Positions 47,291-54,785 of a stretch of 54,785 nt of DNA are shown piece after piece. Under the pieces are notes generated by a model. It worked only from the letters and a program-made list of their open reading frames with translations, was not told the origin of the DNA and did no database searches. The stretch is from an uncultured Syntrophus sp. (lineage in GTDB: Bacteria; Desulfobacterota; Syntrophorhabdia; Syntrophorhabdales; Syntrophorhabdaceae), in contig CAZXVZ010000001.1 in the NCBI GenBank assembly GCA_964644085.1, forward strand, positions 1-54,785, in the 5' to 3' direction. How positions within the stretch are numbered: the stretch's first letter is position 1; each line of letters starts with the position of its first letter. The position numbers were made by a program, and so were the translations under genes.

Positions 47291-47847
47291 GGAACGATAA
47301 AGGATTGACGCTTGTTGAATTGATTCTTGTTATTGGAATCTGCGGAATACTCGCGGCGATCGCCGCCGCGAGTATGACGAATCTTGTCAGAAAGGGGCGC
47401 ATAGAGAACCAGACGAGACGGATATATGCCGATCTTAACAACGCGCGGCTTAGGGCGATGAACAATAACATGATGCATTTTTTTCGCATTGTCGGCAATT
47501 CCTATGAGATCTGGGCCGATACGAGCAACACCGGCGCAAATTATGAGACCTATGACGGAGGTGATTCCCAGGTATTGCAGAGAGGAGGGGCGGATATTGT
47601 GCCTTTTACCTTCTCAGGCGCAGTCCCGGGCAGTGAGGCTACACAGGCAAATAATGGAATCAGGTTCAACGCGCGGGGCCTTGCGAGCACGCAGGGAACA
47701 ATATGCGTTGGAGGCAACGATGTGGTGACGCAGCCTCAGACGAATTGTGCAGTAGTCAGCACTACAAAAACAAGACTGGGGTGGATCAAAATTCAAGATA
47801 TAAAAAATGGTGACTGCGATGCGGATCATTGTCGTGAAGTTCAGTAA
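47287..47847 (+). CDS. GspH/FimT-family minor pilin
   Basis: 186 aa. The prepilin N-terminus is KG|LTLVELILVIGICGILAAIA, followed by RIENQTRRIYADLNNARLRAM. The start overlaps the pilY1 stop by ATGA. Confidence 0.75.
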   Translation: MRNDKGLTLVELILVIGICGILAAIAAASMTNLVRKGRIENQTRRIYADLNNARLRAMNNNMMHFFRIVGNSYEIWADTSNTGANYETYDGGDSQVLQRGGADIVPFTFSGAVPGSEATQANNGIRFNARGLASTQGTICVGGNDVVTQPQTNCAVVSTTKTRLGWIKIQDIKNGDCDADHCREVQ

Positions 47848-48232
47848 GCAAGCAAAGGGTTTCACGCTCATCGAATTGATGGTTGCCGTGGCGATCCTCA
47901 TGATCAGCATGACTGCCATCCTCCATGCCACCATCCACTATCACCGCATTAATATTGAAAACGCCATGAGGAATGAATCAATGCGCGTTGTGGAAGCGCA
48001 GATGGAAGAGCTTCGCGGTCTGCAATTTGCTCAATTGGTTCCCGGAGGGCCTTACACCCCCGCGTCTCAACCGACAAGGAGAATCAGGAACATAAATGTT
48101 ACCTACCATGTAAACTGGACAATAGAAAGTATATCGTCGAACAGCGTGGCCATCAGGGTCAATGCAACGTGGGACTACAGGGGCATTACCCATCGCCACA
48201 ACGCGTCGACAATCATCAGCACGGAAGTGTGA
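47807..48232 (+). CDS. pilV: PilV-like minor pilin
   Basis: KG|FTLIELMVAVAILMISMTAIL. The size is about 130-140 aa. The true start is uncertain (47807, 47819 or GTG 47834), and it overlaps the preceding gene. Confidence 0.7.
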   Translation: MVTAMRIIVVKFSKQAKGFTLIELMVAVAILMISMTAILHATIHYHRINIENAMRNESMRVVEAQMEELRGLQFAQLVPGGPYTPASQPTRRIRNINVTYHVNWTIESISSNSVAIRVNATWDYRGITHRHNASTIISTEV

Positions 48233-48233
48233 A

Positions 48234-49439
48234 ATGGGCCAGATCAAAAAACATACAAGGAACAGGCAAAGCGGGTTTTCTTTGCTGGAATTGCTCATAG
48301 CCATAGCCATACTTGCCATCATTATGGCCATGAACAGCACCCTGCTGCAGGAGATGATCCGGGGTAAAACACAACAAGGCGCCATTGTGGCGTCACAGTT
48401 TGAGACAAGCCTTGGACTTGAGATATTGAGAAACGATCTCGGGAACGCCGGATTCGGCCTGCCCGACCAATTTGAAATGGGAATAGTCTATACTGAGATT
48501 GCCGGGAACCCAGGTTTGCAGTTTAATGACGCGCCAAGCAATGTCCCGAGGGCTCTTGCCCACAGTAATGACATCAGCGCCATCGCTCCTTACGCAAGCA
48601 CGGGATACCTTGCCAATTCTGATTATGTTGTCATTAAATCGCCGGCCGTGGGTATGAATAAAGCATCGGGAAAGTGGACATACATTGACAGTGTCGCTGC
48701 AGATTATGTACAGATTTGGAATGACCCGAGCCTCGATATGGAGAATAATGATTATATGGTTGTCATCAGGGCGCGCTCATCAGCTACGGATTTGGCAAGA
48801 CTTGAAGTTGTCTCAGATGCCAGTGGTATTAGGTATGCCCCTCAATACAACGGTTCAACACTTGGAGCTGCCGACCAGGGTTTTCGACCTCCGATGCCTC
48901 CCACAGGTGATCGGTATATTGCCTATGGTGTTGATAAAACCGACCCGGCAATGCCTTTCAACAGGACTGACTACTATGTGCGCAGGACGGCAACCAACAC
49001 CAGTGCCGGTTGTGCCCCAAACACAGGTACATTTTTCAAAGCAGTGGCGAACCAGTCCGGAGACGGTCAATTTACAACATATCCCATCGTTGACTGTGTG
49101 GCAAATATGCAGGTAGTCTTCGGACTTGATCAGAATCCTACTGACAGTGTTACTGTCGATACATGGAAAAACACTCTTACAGATAGCGACGACGCGACAC
49201 CACTCACCGCACTGCAGATCAAGGAACGGGTCAAGGAAATACGGGTGTATATACTGGCTCACGAGGGGTCGTATGACAGGGGATTTCGATACAGCGGCGG
49301 CAATACCATTGTGGTGGGGCGTGATGTTGCGACCGGCAGGAATGTAGACTTAACAGCGTTTCAGGATGCTGGCCACCCTTGGGACCGATACCGCTGGAAG
49401 ATATATACCATTTCTGTAAAGCCCCGAAGTTTTTATTAA
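48234..49439 (+). CDS. pilW: PilW-like minor pilin
   Basis: MGQIKKHTRNRQSG|FSLLELLIAIAILAIIMAM, about 400 aa. The ATG lies 1 nt after the pilV stop. Confidence 0.75.
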   Translation: MGQIKKHTRNRQSGFSLLELLIAIAILAIIMAMNSTLLQEMIRGKTQQGAIVASQFETSLGLEILRNDLGNAGFGLPDQFEMGIVYTEIAGNPGLQFNDAPSNVPRALAHSNDISAIAPYASTGYLANSDYVVIKSPAVGMNKASGKWTYIDSVAADYVQIWNDPSLDMENNDYMVVIRARSSATDLARLEVVSDASGIRYAPQYNGSTLGAADQGFRPPMPPTGDRYIAYGVDKTDPAMPFNRTDYYVRRTATNTSAGCAPNTGTFFKAVANQSGDGQFTTYPIVDCVANMQVVFGLDQNPTDSVTVDTWKNTLTDSDDATPLTALQIKERVKEIRVYILAHEGSYDRGFRYSGGNTIVVGRDVATGRNVDLTAFQDAGHPWDRYRWKIYTISVKPRSFY

Positions 49440-49451
49440 AGAGGATCTTTT

Positions 49452-50090
49452 ATGAAAATACGTCCCAATAAAAAAGGTGTTGCCCTTGTGCTAGTTTTGG
49501 TGATTGTCGTGCTCTCAGCGGCACTTCTGGCAGTCATCATGTATTATTCTATGACAGGGACGGAAATCTCCGGTTTGCAGAGAAAGTACGAAACGTCAAA
49601 AGAAGCCTCCCTTGGGGCTGTTGAGATATTTACGAAGGATATTATCCCCAGTGTTTTACAGAATCAAGGCGCCGGTTTGTCCGGAATTACAGGAGCGCTT
49701 ACTCAGGGAGTCGGTATTGTTGATTCTGTTGTTCCGGTTTCATCAAATGCCTGTTTTCTCAGCAAACTGACGTCGACGACAGGTAGCTGGGCAGGTTGTG
49801 ACGCTCAGGCCACCAATACGGACCCTACTGCTGTGCCAGATATAACCTTTAACCTGTTGAGCGCTGCCGGGTCAACCCGTCCCTATGTGGTAAACGCGAA
49901 AATCATCGATACTGCAGCCGGTAATTCAAGTATGAGCGGTATGAATCTCGAAGGCGCCGGAGTTGTCGAAACGGGATTGGGCGAAATAACGACCCGCCAT
50001 TTCCCCTATCTGTATACGATGATGGTCCAGGGACAGCTTCAAAACAGCCAGACAGAGCGAACAAACCTTGAAATCCTCTATGCCTACTAA
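49452..50090 (+). CDS. pilX: PilX-like minor pilin/assembly protein
   Basis: 212 aa. The PilX_N-type N-terminus is KKGVALVLVLVIVVLSAALLAVIMYYSMTG. Its position after pilW supports the call. Confidence 0.65.
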   Translation: MKIRPNKKGVALVLVLVIVVLSAALLAVIMYYSMTGTEISGLQRKYETSKEASLGAVEIFTKDIIPSVLQNQGAGLSGITGALTQGVGIVDSVVPVSSNACFLSKLTSTTGSWAGCDAQATNTDPTAVPDITFNLLSAAGSTRPYVVNAKIIDTAAGNSSMSGMNLEGAGVVETGLGEITTRHFPYLYTMMVQGQLQNSQTERTNLEILYAY

Positions 50091-50880
50091 AAGACAAAAC
50101 ATACCTGTCAGAAAGAAAGCCGCGAAAAAACCTGAAAAAAATAAGACCTTTCTTCTCGTCGCAGCCATAATGGCAGTTTTTATTATCATTATTATCGCCG
50201 GATATGTTTTTTTTAAGGGGCCGTCGGATTTAACAATGGATAGTCCTAGGAAAGGGGAAGAACCATTTAACGCCGATGGGCAAGTTGTTCCTGTTCCAGA
50301 CAGAGGCTTTCAGGCTGCCGTGGAGAAGGCGAAGCTCCAACTGGAATCTGTCGATAACAAGGATATCATGAAAGTAATTGTCGAAAAGACTACGGGAGCG
50401 AATAATAAAGAAATCATGTATACGTATGAATGGTCCATCAACGGACAGCCAACCGGAAACGGAAGCGACAGCATCAGCGGATTCAAGCGGGGAGATAAGG
50501 TTTCCGTGAAGATAACACCGTTTGATGAAGAAAAAAGAGGACAGCCGCGGACACTGGTCCTGGATGTTCAGAACACAACGCCGAAAGTTACCCCGGCGAA
50601 GGAACCGAAATATGACGGCAAAGTATTTACCGCGCAGATCAATGCTTCTGATCCCGACGGCGATACCTTATCATATGAACTGCTCAGCGGTCCTGAAGGT
50701 ATGGTGATAGATAAGAAGAGCGGAATGATACACTGGACGGTAAAAGAGGATAAAGAAGGCGATTATCCTGTCAAAACAAGAATAGCTGACGGGCATGGAG
50801 GCGAAACAACCTATGAGTTAACGGTGACGATACCAAAAGAACTTCCGATGCCCGAAACCCCGCCGAAAAAAACCCCGTGA
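50080..50880 (+). CDS. Single-pass membrane protein with extracytoplasmic Ig/cadherin-like repeats, unknown function
   Basis: It has a basic N-terminus and one TM segment (FLLVAAIMAVFIIIIIAGYVFF). Beta-rich repeats follow, including DPDGDTLSYELLSGPEGMVIDKKSGMIHWTV. The start overlaps the pilX stop. Confidence 0.6.
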   Translation: MPTKRQNIPVRKKAAKKPEKNKTFLLVAAIMAVFIIIIIAGYVFFKGPSDLTMDSPRKGEEPFNADGQVVPVPDRGFQAAVEKAKLQLESVDNKDIMKVIVEKTTGANNKEIMYTYEWSINGQPTGNGSDSISGFKRGDKVSVKITPFDEEKRGQPRTLVLDVQNTTPKVTPAKEPKYDGKVFTAQINASDPDGDTLSYELLSGPEGMVIDKKSGMIHWTVKEDKEGDYPVKTRIADGHGGETTYELTVTIPKELPMPETPPKKTP

Positions 50881-50917
50881 TTTTTTACGCTTATTTTCAT
50901 TACGATTGGTGAGTACT

Positions 50918-52954
50918 ATGCCAAATATACCTGTCCGCCGATATGTACTTTTCATAGTCTATTGTCTCGTGCCATTCCTGGGAGGCAACCATCTCCCTTT
51001 ATTTTATGTCACCATTGACAAATTCTGGATAGAAAACGTTTTTCTTCTTTCTCTCATTATCTCATTAATGATTATATTGCTCAATCGAAAACAGGTCGGA
51101 GATCTTGCCTTTGGAAAATTCTTTCTTTTTTTTACGCCATTCTTAGCAATTAACATAATCAGCCTTTTTTTTACGTGGAACATTCTCGATACTCTGCAGG
51201 AGATCAATATACTCCTGTGGGTAGTGGGTGCAGTATTTCTTGCGGGCGGATTTCCCGACAAAGACCTTATTCTGAAAGCCTTTATTCTGGGAGCTTTCCT
51301 GTCATCTATCTGCGCTGTAATGCAGTTTACCGTGGTCTATCCCGCGCTCCACGATACCTTTCGGAATAGCAGGTATGCTTCCCTTATCGCGAGTCAGACA
51401 ATCCCTTTTTCCTCATTTCTGTATCATAATATTTTCGGAGGATACCTTGCGTCGGTTATTCCTATTTCCCTTTATTTTGCGGTCTTCAGAAGAAATATCA
51501 TTTATTCGGTTACGACAATAGTCATCCTTACAGGTTTAATCCTTACCACGACCAGAATCGGAATTGGCCTGGCCACACTTTCGATTTTGGCGTTGTTGAT
51601 AGTGTCATTGAAAGATCGCGATCTGAAACGCCTTGTCCATATAATAGGGCTAACATGCGCGGGGGTGCTCCTCGCGGTGCTCATTATGAATATTAATGTG
51701 AAAAGTTCACCAAAGGGTGTTCAGAAGGAAATAGCCCAGAAAATAACGGGCATCCCCACACAGATAAAAACATTAAACACCCGTACGGAAATCTGGAAAG
51801 CCGGTCTCAGGGCATTTGTCCATAAACCGTTGCTTGGATACGGTGCGGGGACTTTTGAGTACCCCTACAAGAAGTATTATGATGGTGGTTTTGGGACGAA
51901 GTACGCACACAGCGCTTTAATCAAGATTGGAGTTGAACTGGGAATTATCGGTCTTTTATGCTGGTTCTTTTATCTTGCGGGATGTTTTTTCTGGATACGG
52001 GATTCTGATTGGGACAGAAAGAAAGTCTGCGTTTTATTTTCTTTGTGTTCGTTTTTTCTTTTCAGTATTCTGGATTTTTCATTCAATGCCCCGGCGCACG
52101 TGATTACTTTTTATCTGCTTTCGAGTTGGTTTATTTCTCATCATGAAGAAAAAAAGGTAAAATGCGAAAAAAACAATGCATTGGTAATCAGCAAATATGG
52201 AATAATTGCTGCCTTGATGTTTTTCTGTATAGTCTCTTTTTATTTTACAATGAGGGTTAATCTGGCGGACAAGGCAATAGAAAACGGCACAGCCATGGAA
52301 GAAAATGGTTTTGCTCTTGCCGGAGCCTTTAACGCTTATGAGGACGCGATTAAAAAAATGCCCTTTAATAATGAAGGTTTTATAAAAGCTTCAACGGTGC
52401 TCATCGCGGGTGGCAATAATGAAAAGAATGACGGAAAGAAAGAAGAAATAAAATCGGTTCTTTCAGGGTATCTGAAAAAAATGGAGAAAATTAATGACAA
52501 GGATTCCGAATTATTTTACACGATGGGCATCGGATATGTAACATTAGATGATAAAGAAAAAGCCAGTCATTATCTCATGGAAGCTGTCTCTTACCTGCCA
52601 TCTTCGGCGTATTATGTTTTGGGGCTGGCGGAATATTATTTCGATCTTGGGAATTTTGAAAAGGCAAGGCAGACGATTAAGTCCTTTGATATCTATAAAA
52701 ACAATTATGAAATAACAAGAAATCCCAACGGGTTTTACGTCTACTTGATGAAAGACCTTGAGGCTGAAATTGCATTCAGAGAAGGTCATAAACAGAAGGC
52801 CCTGACTCTCGCCCTTGAGAATTTTGAAGACGCTGCAAGGGAAAGATTTCTCATAGCAAGCGCACGAGCGAGGCAATTGGTCGGGAAAGACGCGGTTATC
52901 AATCATTTGAGGAAAAGAGCTGATCAGATAAAATCAGAAGAAGCCGGGAAATAG
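50918..52954 (+). CDS. O-antigen ligase (Wzy_C)-domain polytopic protein with C-terminal TPR repeats
   Basis: About 678 aa with more than 10 TM segments. The Wzy_C-type loop motif is KYAHSALIKIGVELGIIGLL. TPR-like repeats occupy the last 230 aa or so. Confidence 0.8.
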   Translation: MPNIPVRRYVLFIVYCLVPFLGGNHLPLFYVTIDKFWIENVFLLSLIISLMIILLNRKQVGDLAFGKFFLFFTPFLAINIISLFFTWNILDTLQEINILLWVVGAVFLAGGFPDKDLILKAFILGAFLSSICAVMQFTVVYPALHDTFRNSRYASLIASQTIPFSSFLYHNIFGGYLASVIPISLYFAVFRRNIIYSVTTIVILTGLILTTTRIGIGLATLSILALLIVSLKDRDLKRLVHIIGLTCAGVLLAVLIMNINVKSSPKGVQKEIAQKITGIPTQIKTLNTRTEIWKAGLRAFVHKPLLGYGAGTFEYPYKKYYDGGFGTKYAHSALIKIGVELGIIGLLCWFFYLAGCFFWIRDSDWDRKKVCVLFSLCSFFLFSILDFSFNAPAHVITFYLLSSWFISHHEEKKVKCEKNNALVISKYGIIAALMFFCIVSFYFTMRVNLADKAIENGTAMEENGFALAGAFNAYEDAIKKMPFNNEGFIKASTVLIAGGNNEKNDGKKEEIKSVLSGYLKKMEKINDKDSELFYTMGIGYVTLDDKEKASHYLMEAVSYLPSSAYYVLGLAEYYFDLGNFEKARQTIKSFDIYKNNYEITRNPNGFYVYLMKDLEAEIAFREGHKQKALTLALENFEDAARERFLIASARARQLVGKDAVINHLRKRADQIKSEEAGK

Positions 52955-53114
52955 TATGCCTCATGAGTCTTTCCTGTCAAAAGTGATTGGCATATAAAAA
53001 CTGTGTAGTAGATAAATATCTTTAGTATTGATATAATAAAGTTGTATATAAGACATCAGCATGATTGAAATAAACATTCGCAGTGGCGATTATTTATTTG
53101 ATATTGTGTAAAGA

Positions 53115-53894
53115 TTGGATGCCAGAGTGAACCATAGATTACAGCATATCATTGATATTATCATTGTTCTCACGCAAAAAGAACTGAAAGTACGATACAA
53201 AAGCAGTGTATTAGGGTATCTCTGGTCTGTGGCACATCCGCTGGCTTTTGCGCTCGTGTTTTTTGTGGCATTTAAGGTTGTGGTGAGAATACAGATTGAA
53301 GATTATGCGCTCTTCCTGATTGCCGGAATGTTCCCATGGCAATGGGTTGCGAACTCTGTCAATGCGGCTCCGTTGTTCTTCCTTGGCAATGCATCAATAA
53401 TCAAAAAGGTGAATTTTCCGAGGAACCTCATCGTCTTTTCCCAGGTGTTGCAGGATATGGTTCATTTCGTTTTTTCTATTCCAGTTCTTTTGCTGTTTAT
53501 GTTTTTCTATGGAAAGACACCCTCGGTTTCATGGTTCTACGGAATTCCAATTTTACTGGTGATGCAGTTTTTCCTTATTTACGGGTTGTGTCTGTTTATT
53601 TCTTCCGTGAATCTTTTTTTTAGAGATCTCGAAAGATTGACGACAATCTTTATGATGCTCCTTCTTTATTTCACTCCTGTGATATATTCAGAAACGATGA
53701 TTCCAGACAAATACCGTATCTATATGCATGCCAATCCGCTTGCGTCGTTTATAGTCAACTGGAGAAACCTGTTACTTAAAGGAAATATTGACTGGACTCT
53801 AGTTCTGGAAAGCTTGATGTATGCTCTGATCATTTTCGGTGTCGGACAAATAACATATAAAAAGCTGAATGGACGTTTTGCAGAGGTGCTATGA
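53115..53894 (+). CDS. wzm: ABC-2-type polysaccharide/glycan exporter permease
   Basis: 259 aa with LTQKELKVRYKSSVLGYLWSVAHPL and about 6 TM segments. It starts at a non-ATG codon (TTG) and is followed by an overlapping ATPase gene. Confidence 0.85.
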   Translation: MDARVNHRLQHIIDIIIVLTQKELKVRYKSSVLGYLWSVAHPLAFALVFFVAFKVVVRIQIEDYALFLIAGMFPWQWVANSVNAAPLFFLGNASIIKKVNFPRNLIVFSQVLQDMVHFVFSIPVLLLFMFFYGKTPSVSWFYGIPILLVMQFFLIYGLCLFISSVNLFFRDLERLTTIFMMLLLYFTPVIYSETMIPDKYRIYMHANPLASFIVNWRNLLLKGNIDWTLVLESLMYALIIFGVGQITYKKLNGRFAEVL

Positions 53895-54625
53895 GTGATC
53901 CAGTAATTGTATTTGACAATGTGAGCAAGAGTTATCCCTTATATCATCATGTAAGAGGTGGATTAAAAAATTTTCTTTTCAATCTCCCCAAGGCAATGAG
54001 CACGCTTAGAACTCCACATTTTGAAGCGTTGAGGGATATCTCATTCGAGGTAAGTCAGGGAGAGACTCTTGGGATAATTGGGAAAAATGGTGCCGGGAAA
54101 AGCACTCTACTTGGACTCATTGCCGGTGTGCTCAAGCCGAATAAAGGTTTGGTTACTGTCAAGACGAGGGTATCGCCGCTTCTCGAACTCGGTGCTGGTT
54201 TTCATCCTGACCTGACAGGACATGAAAATATTATTCTCAATGGTGTACTCATGGGTTTACGTAGAGATGAGGTTCTTAAAAAACTTGATGAGATAATAGA
54301 CTTTTCTGAGATCGAAGATTTTATCGATCAGCCGATCAGGACGTATTCAAGCGGCATGCTGGCAAGGCTTGGTTTTTCAGTAGTGGCTAACCTTGATCCG
54401 GAAATGCTCCTCATAGATGAAATCCTTGCTGTCGGTGATACAAAGTTCCAATCTAAATGCATAGACAGAATGACATATTTTAAAAGAACAAATGTCACTA
54501 TGGTGTTTGTCTCGCACCATATGCCGAACATAGAAAAAATCTGCGACAGAGTAATGTGGATTGAAAACCATGTTGTAAAAATGATCGGAGATACTAAAAC
54601 GGTGGTTAAATCATATGTTTCGTAA
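53891..54625 (+). CDS. wzt: ABC exporter ATP-binding protein (short Wzt/TagH type, no C-terminal carbohydrate-binding domain)
   Basis: 244 aa. Walker A is GKNGAGKST, the signature is YSSGMLARLGF and Walker B is LLIDEILAVGD. Confidence 0.9.
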   Translation: MSDPVIVFDNVSKSYPLYHHVRGGLKNFLFNLPKAMSTLRTPHFEALRDISFEVSQGETLGIIGKNGAGKSTLLGLIAGVLKPNKGLVTVKTRVSPLLELGAGFHPDLTGHENIILNGVLMGLRRDEVLKKLDEIIDFSEIEDFIDQPIRTYSSGMLARLGFSVVANLDPEMLLIDEILAVGDTKFQSKCIDRMTYFKRTNVTMVFVSHHMPNIEKICDRVMWIENHVVKMIGDTKTVVKSYVS

Positions 54626-54785
54626 AAATGGTAGAAATACCGACAAACATTGCTCCGTAGTGAAGAGAAGTGAGCCAATTTATGTCACGAGACCTTTTTT
54701 GCCACCACTTGAAGAATTTCAAAAATATCTTGAAGACATTTGGGCATCGAAACAACTTACGAATCAAGGCAAGTACCATCAGCTG
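54615..54785 (+). CDS. DegT/DnrJ/EryC1/StrS-family sugar aminotransferase, N-terminal fragment (continues past the window)
   Basis: This ORF is not in the ORF track because it is under 60 aa. The ATG at 54615 overlaps the wzt stop. The translation ...PIYVTRPFLPPLEEFQKYLEDIWASKQLTNQGKYHQL matches the conserved N-terminus of this family. Confidence 0.6.
   Translation, partial: MFRKNGRNTDKHCSVVKRSEPIYVTRPFLPPLEEFQKYLEDIWASKQLTNQGKYHQL

Noticed and set aside
1-54785. Search for CRISPR arrays, IS elements or transposases, integrases, prophage genes, toxin-antitoxin or restriction/defence genes, tRNA and rRNA.
   Set aside because: I saw no regularly spaced direct repeats, no transposase or integrase-like ORFs and no tRNA cloverleaf candidates in the spacers I inspected. 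All large ORFs are accounted for by motility, housekeeping, glycosylation or pilus functions.

Overview
This 54.8-kb bacterial chromosomal window is fairly AT-rich and densely coding. Calls rest on motif recognition and gene context only; no homology search was possible. I found no rRNA, tRNA, CRISPR array, IS element or integrase.

There are three blocks.

(1) 1-15.6 kb, motility and signalling (+ strand). It starts with an ampG-like fragment and a sigma-54 enhancer-binding response regulator. A 650-nt spacer follows, with a GC-rich structured core and a textbook -24/-12 promoter. Then come flhG-fliA, a cheB-HEAT-cheR-cheY-cheA operon, cheW and flgM-flgN. Next are a 66-aa orphan, a REC-only regulator and a REC-GAF-HD-GYP c-di-GMP phosphodiesterase. 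A cupin gene and HU close the block. Four near-identical sigma-28 (FliA) promoters sit in front of cheB, cheW, flgM and the orphan/HD-GYP unit.

(2) 15.6-33.8 kb, housekeeping, mostly on the - strand: hemC, hemA, sirC-like, acyP, pgi, accA, dnaE, guaA and guaB. A + strand pair interrupts it: a 1,384-aa double-activase fusion and a CNNM/CorC transporter.

(3) 34.2-54.8 kb, envelope and pilus. Three GT-C/PMT-like membrane proteins (two with TPR tails) and a GT2 come first. Then pilA with a strong terminator, followed by a tightly packed operon of about 11 kb. It encodes a pilin-like protein, pilD, a secreted orphan, a vWA-PilY1, fimT/pilV/pilW/pilX-like minor pilins, a TM-Ig orphan and a Wzy_C-TPR protein. 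wzm/wzt and a DegT-type aminotransferase fragment follow.

The most interesting leads:
- CheA carries two tandem 24-residue MshEN/T2SSE_N-like (c-di-GMP receptor type) motifs where P2 normally sits, in the same sigma-28 regulon as an HD-GYP enzyme.
- The type IV pilus locus is embedded in periplasmic glycosylation machinery and encodes a cysteine-free major pilin.
- A sigma-54 to sigma-28 promoter network can be read directly from the sequence and may extend to pilA.
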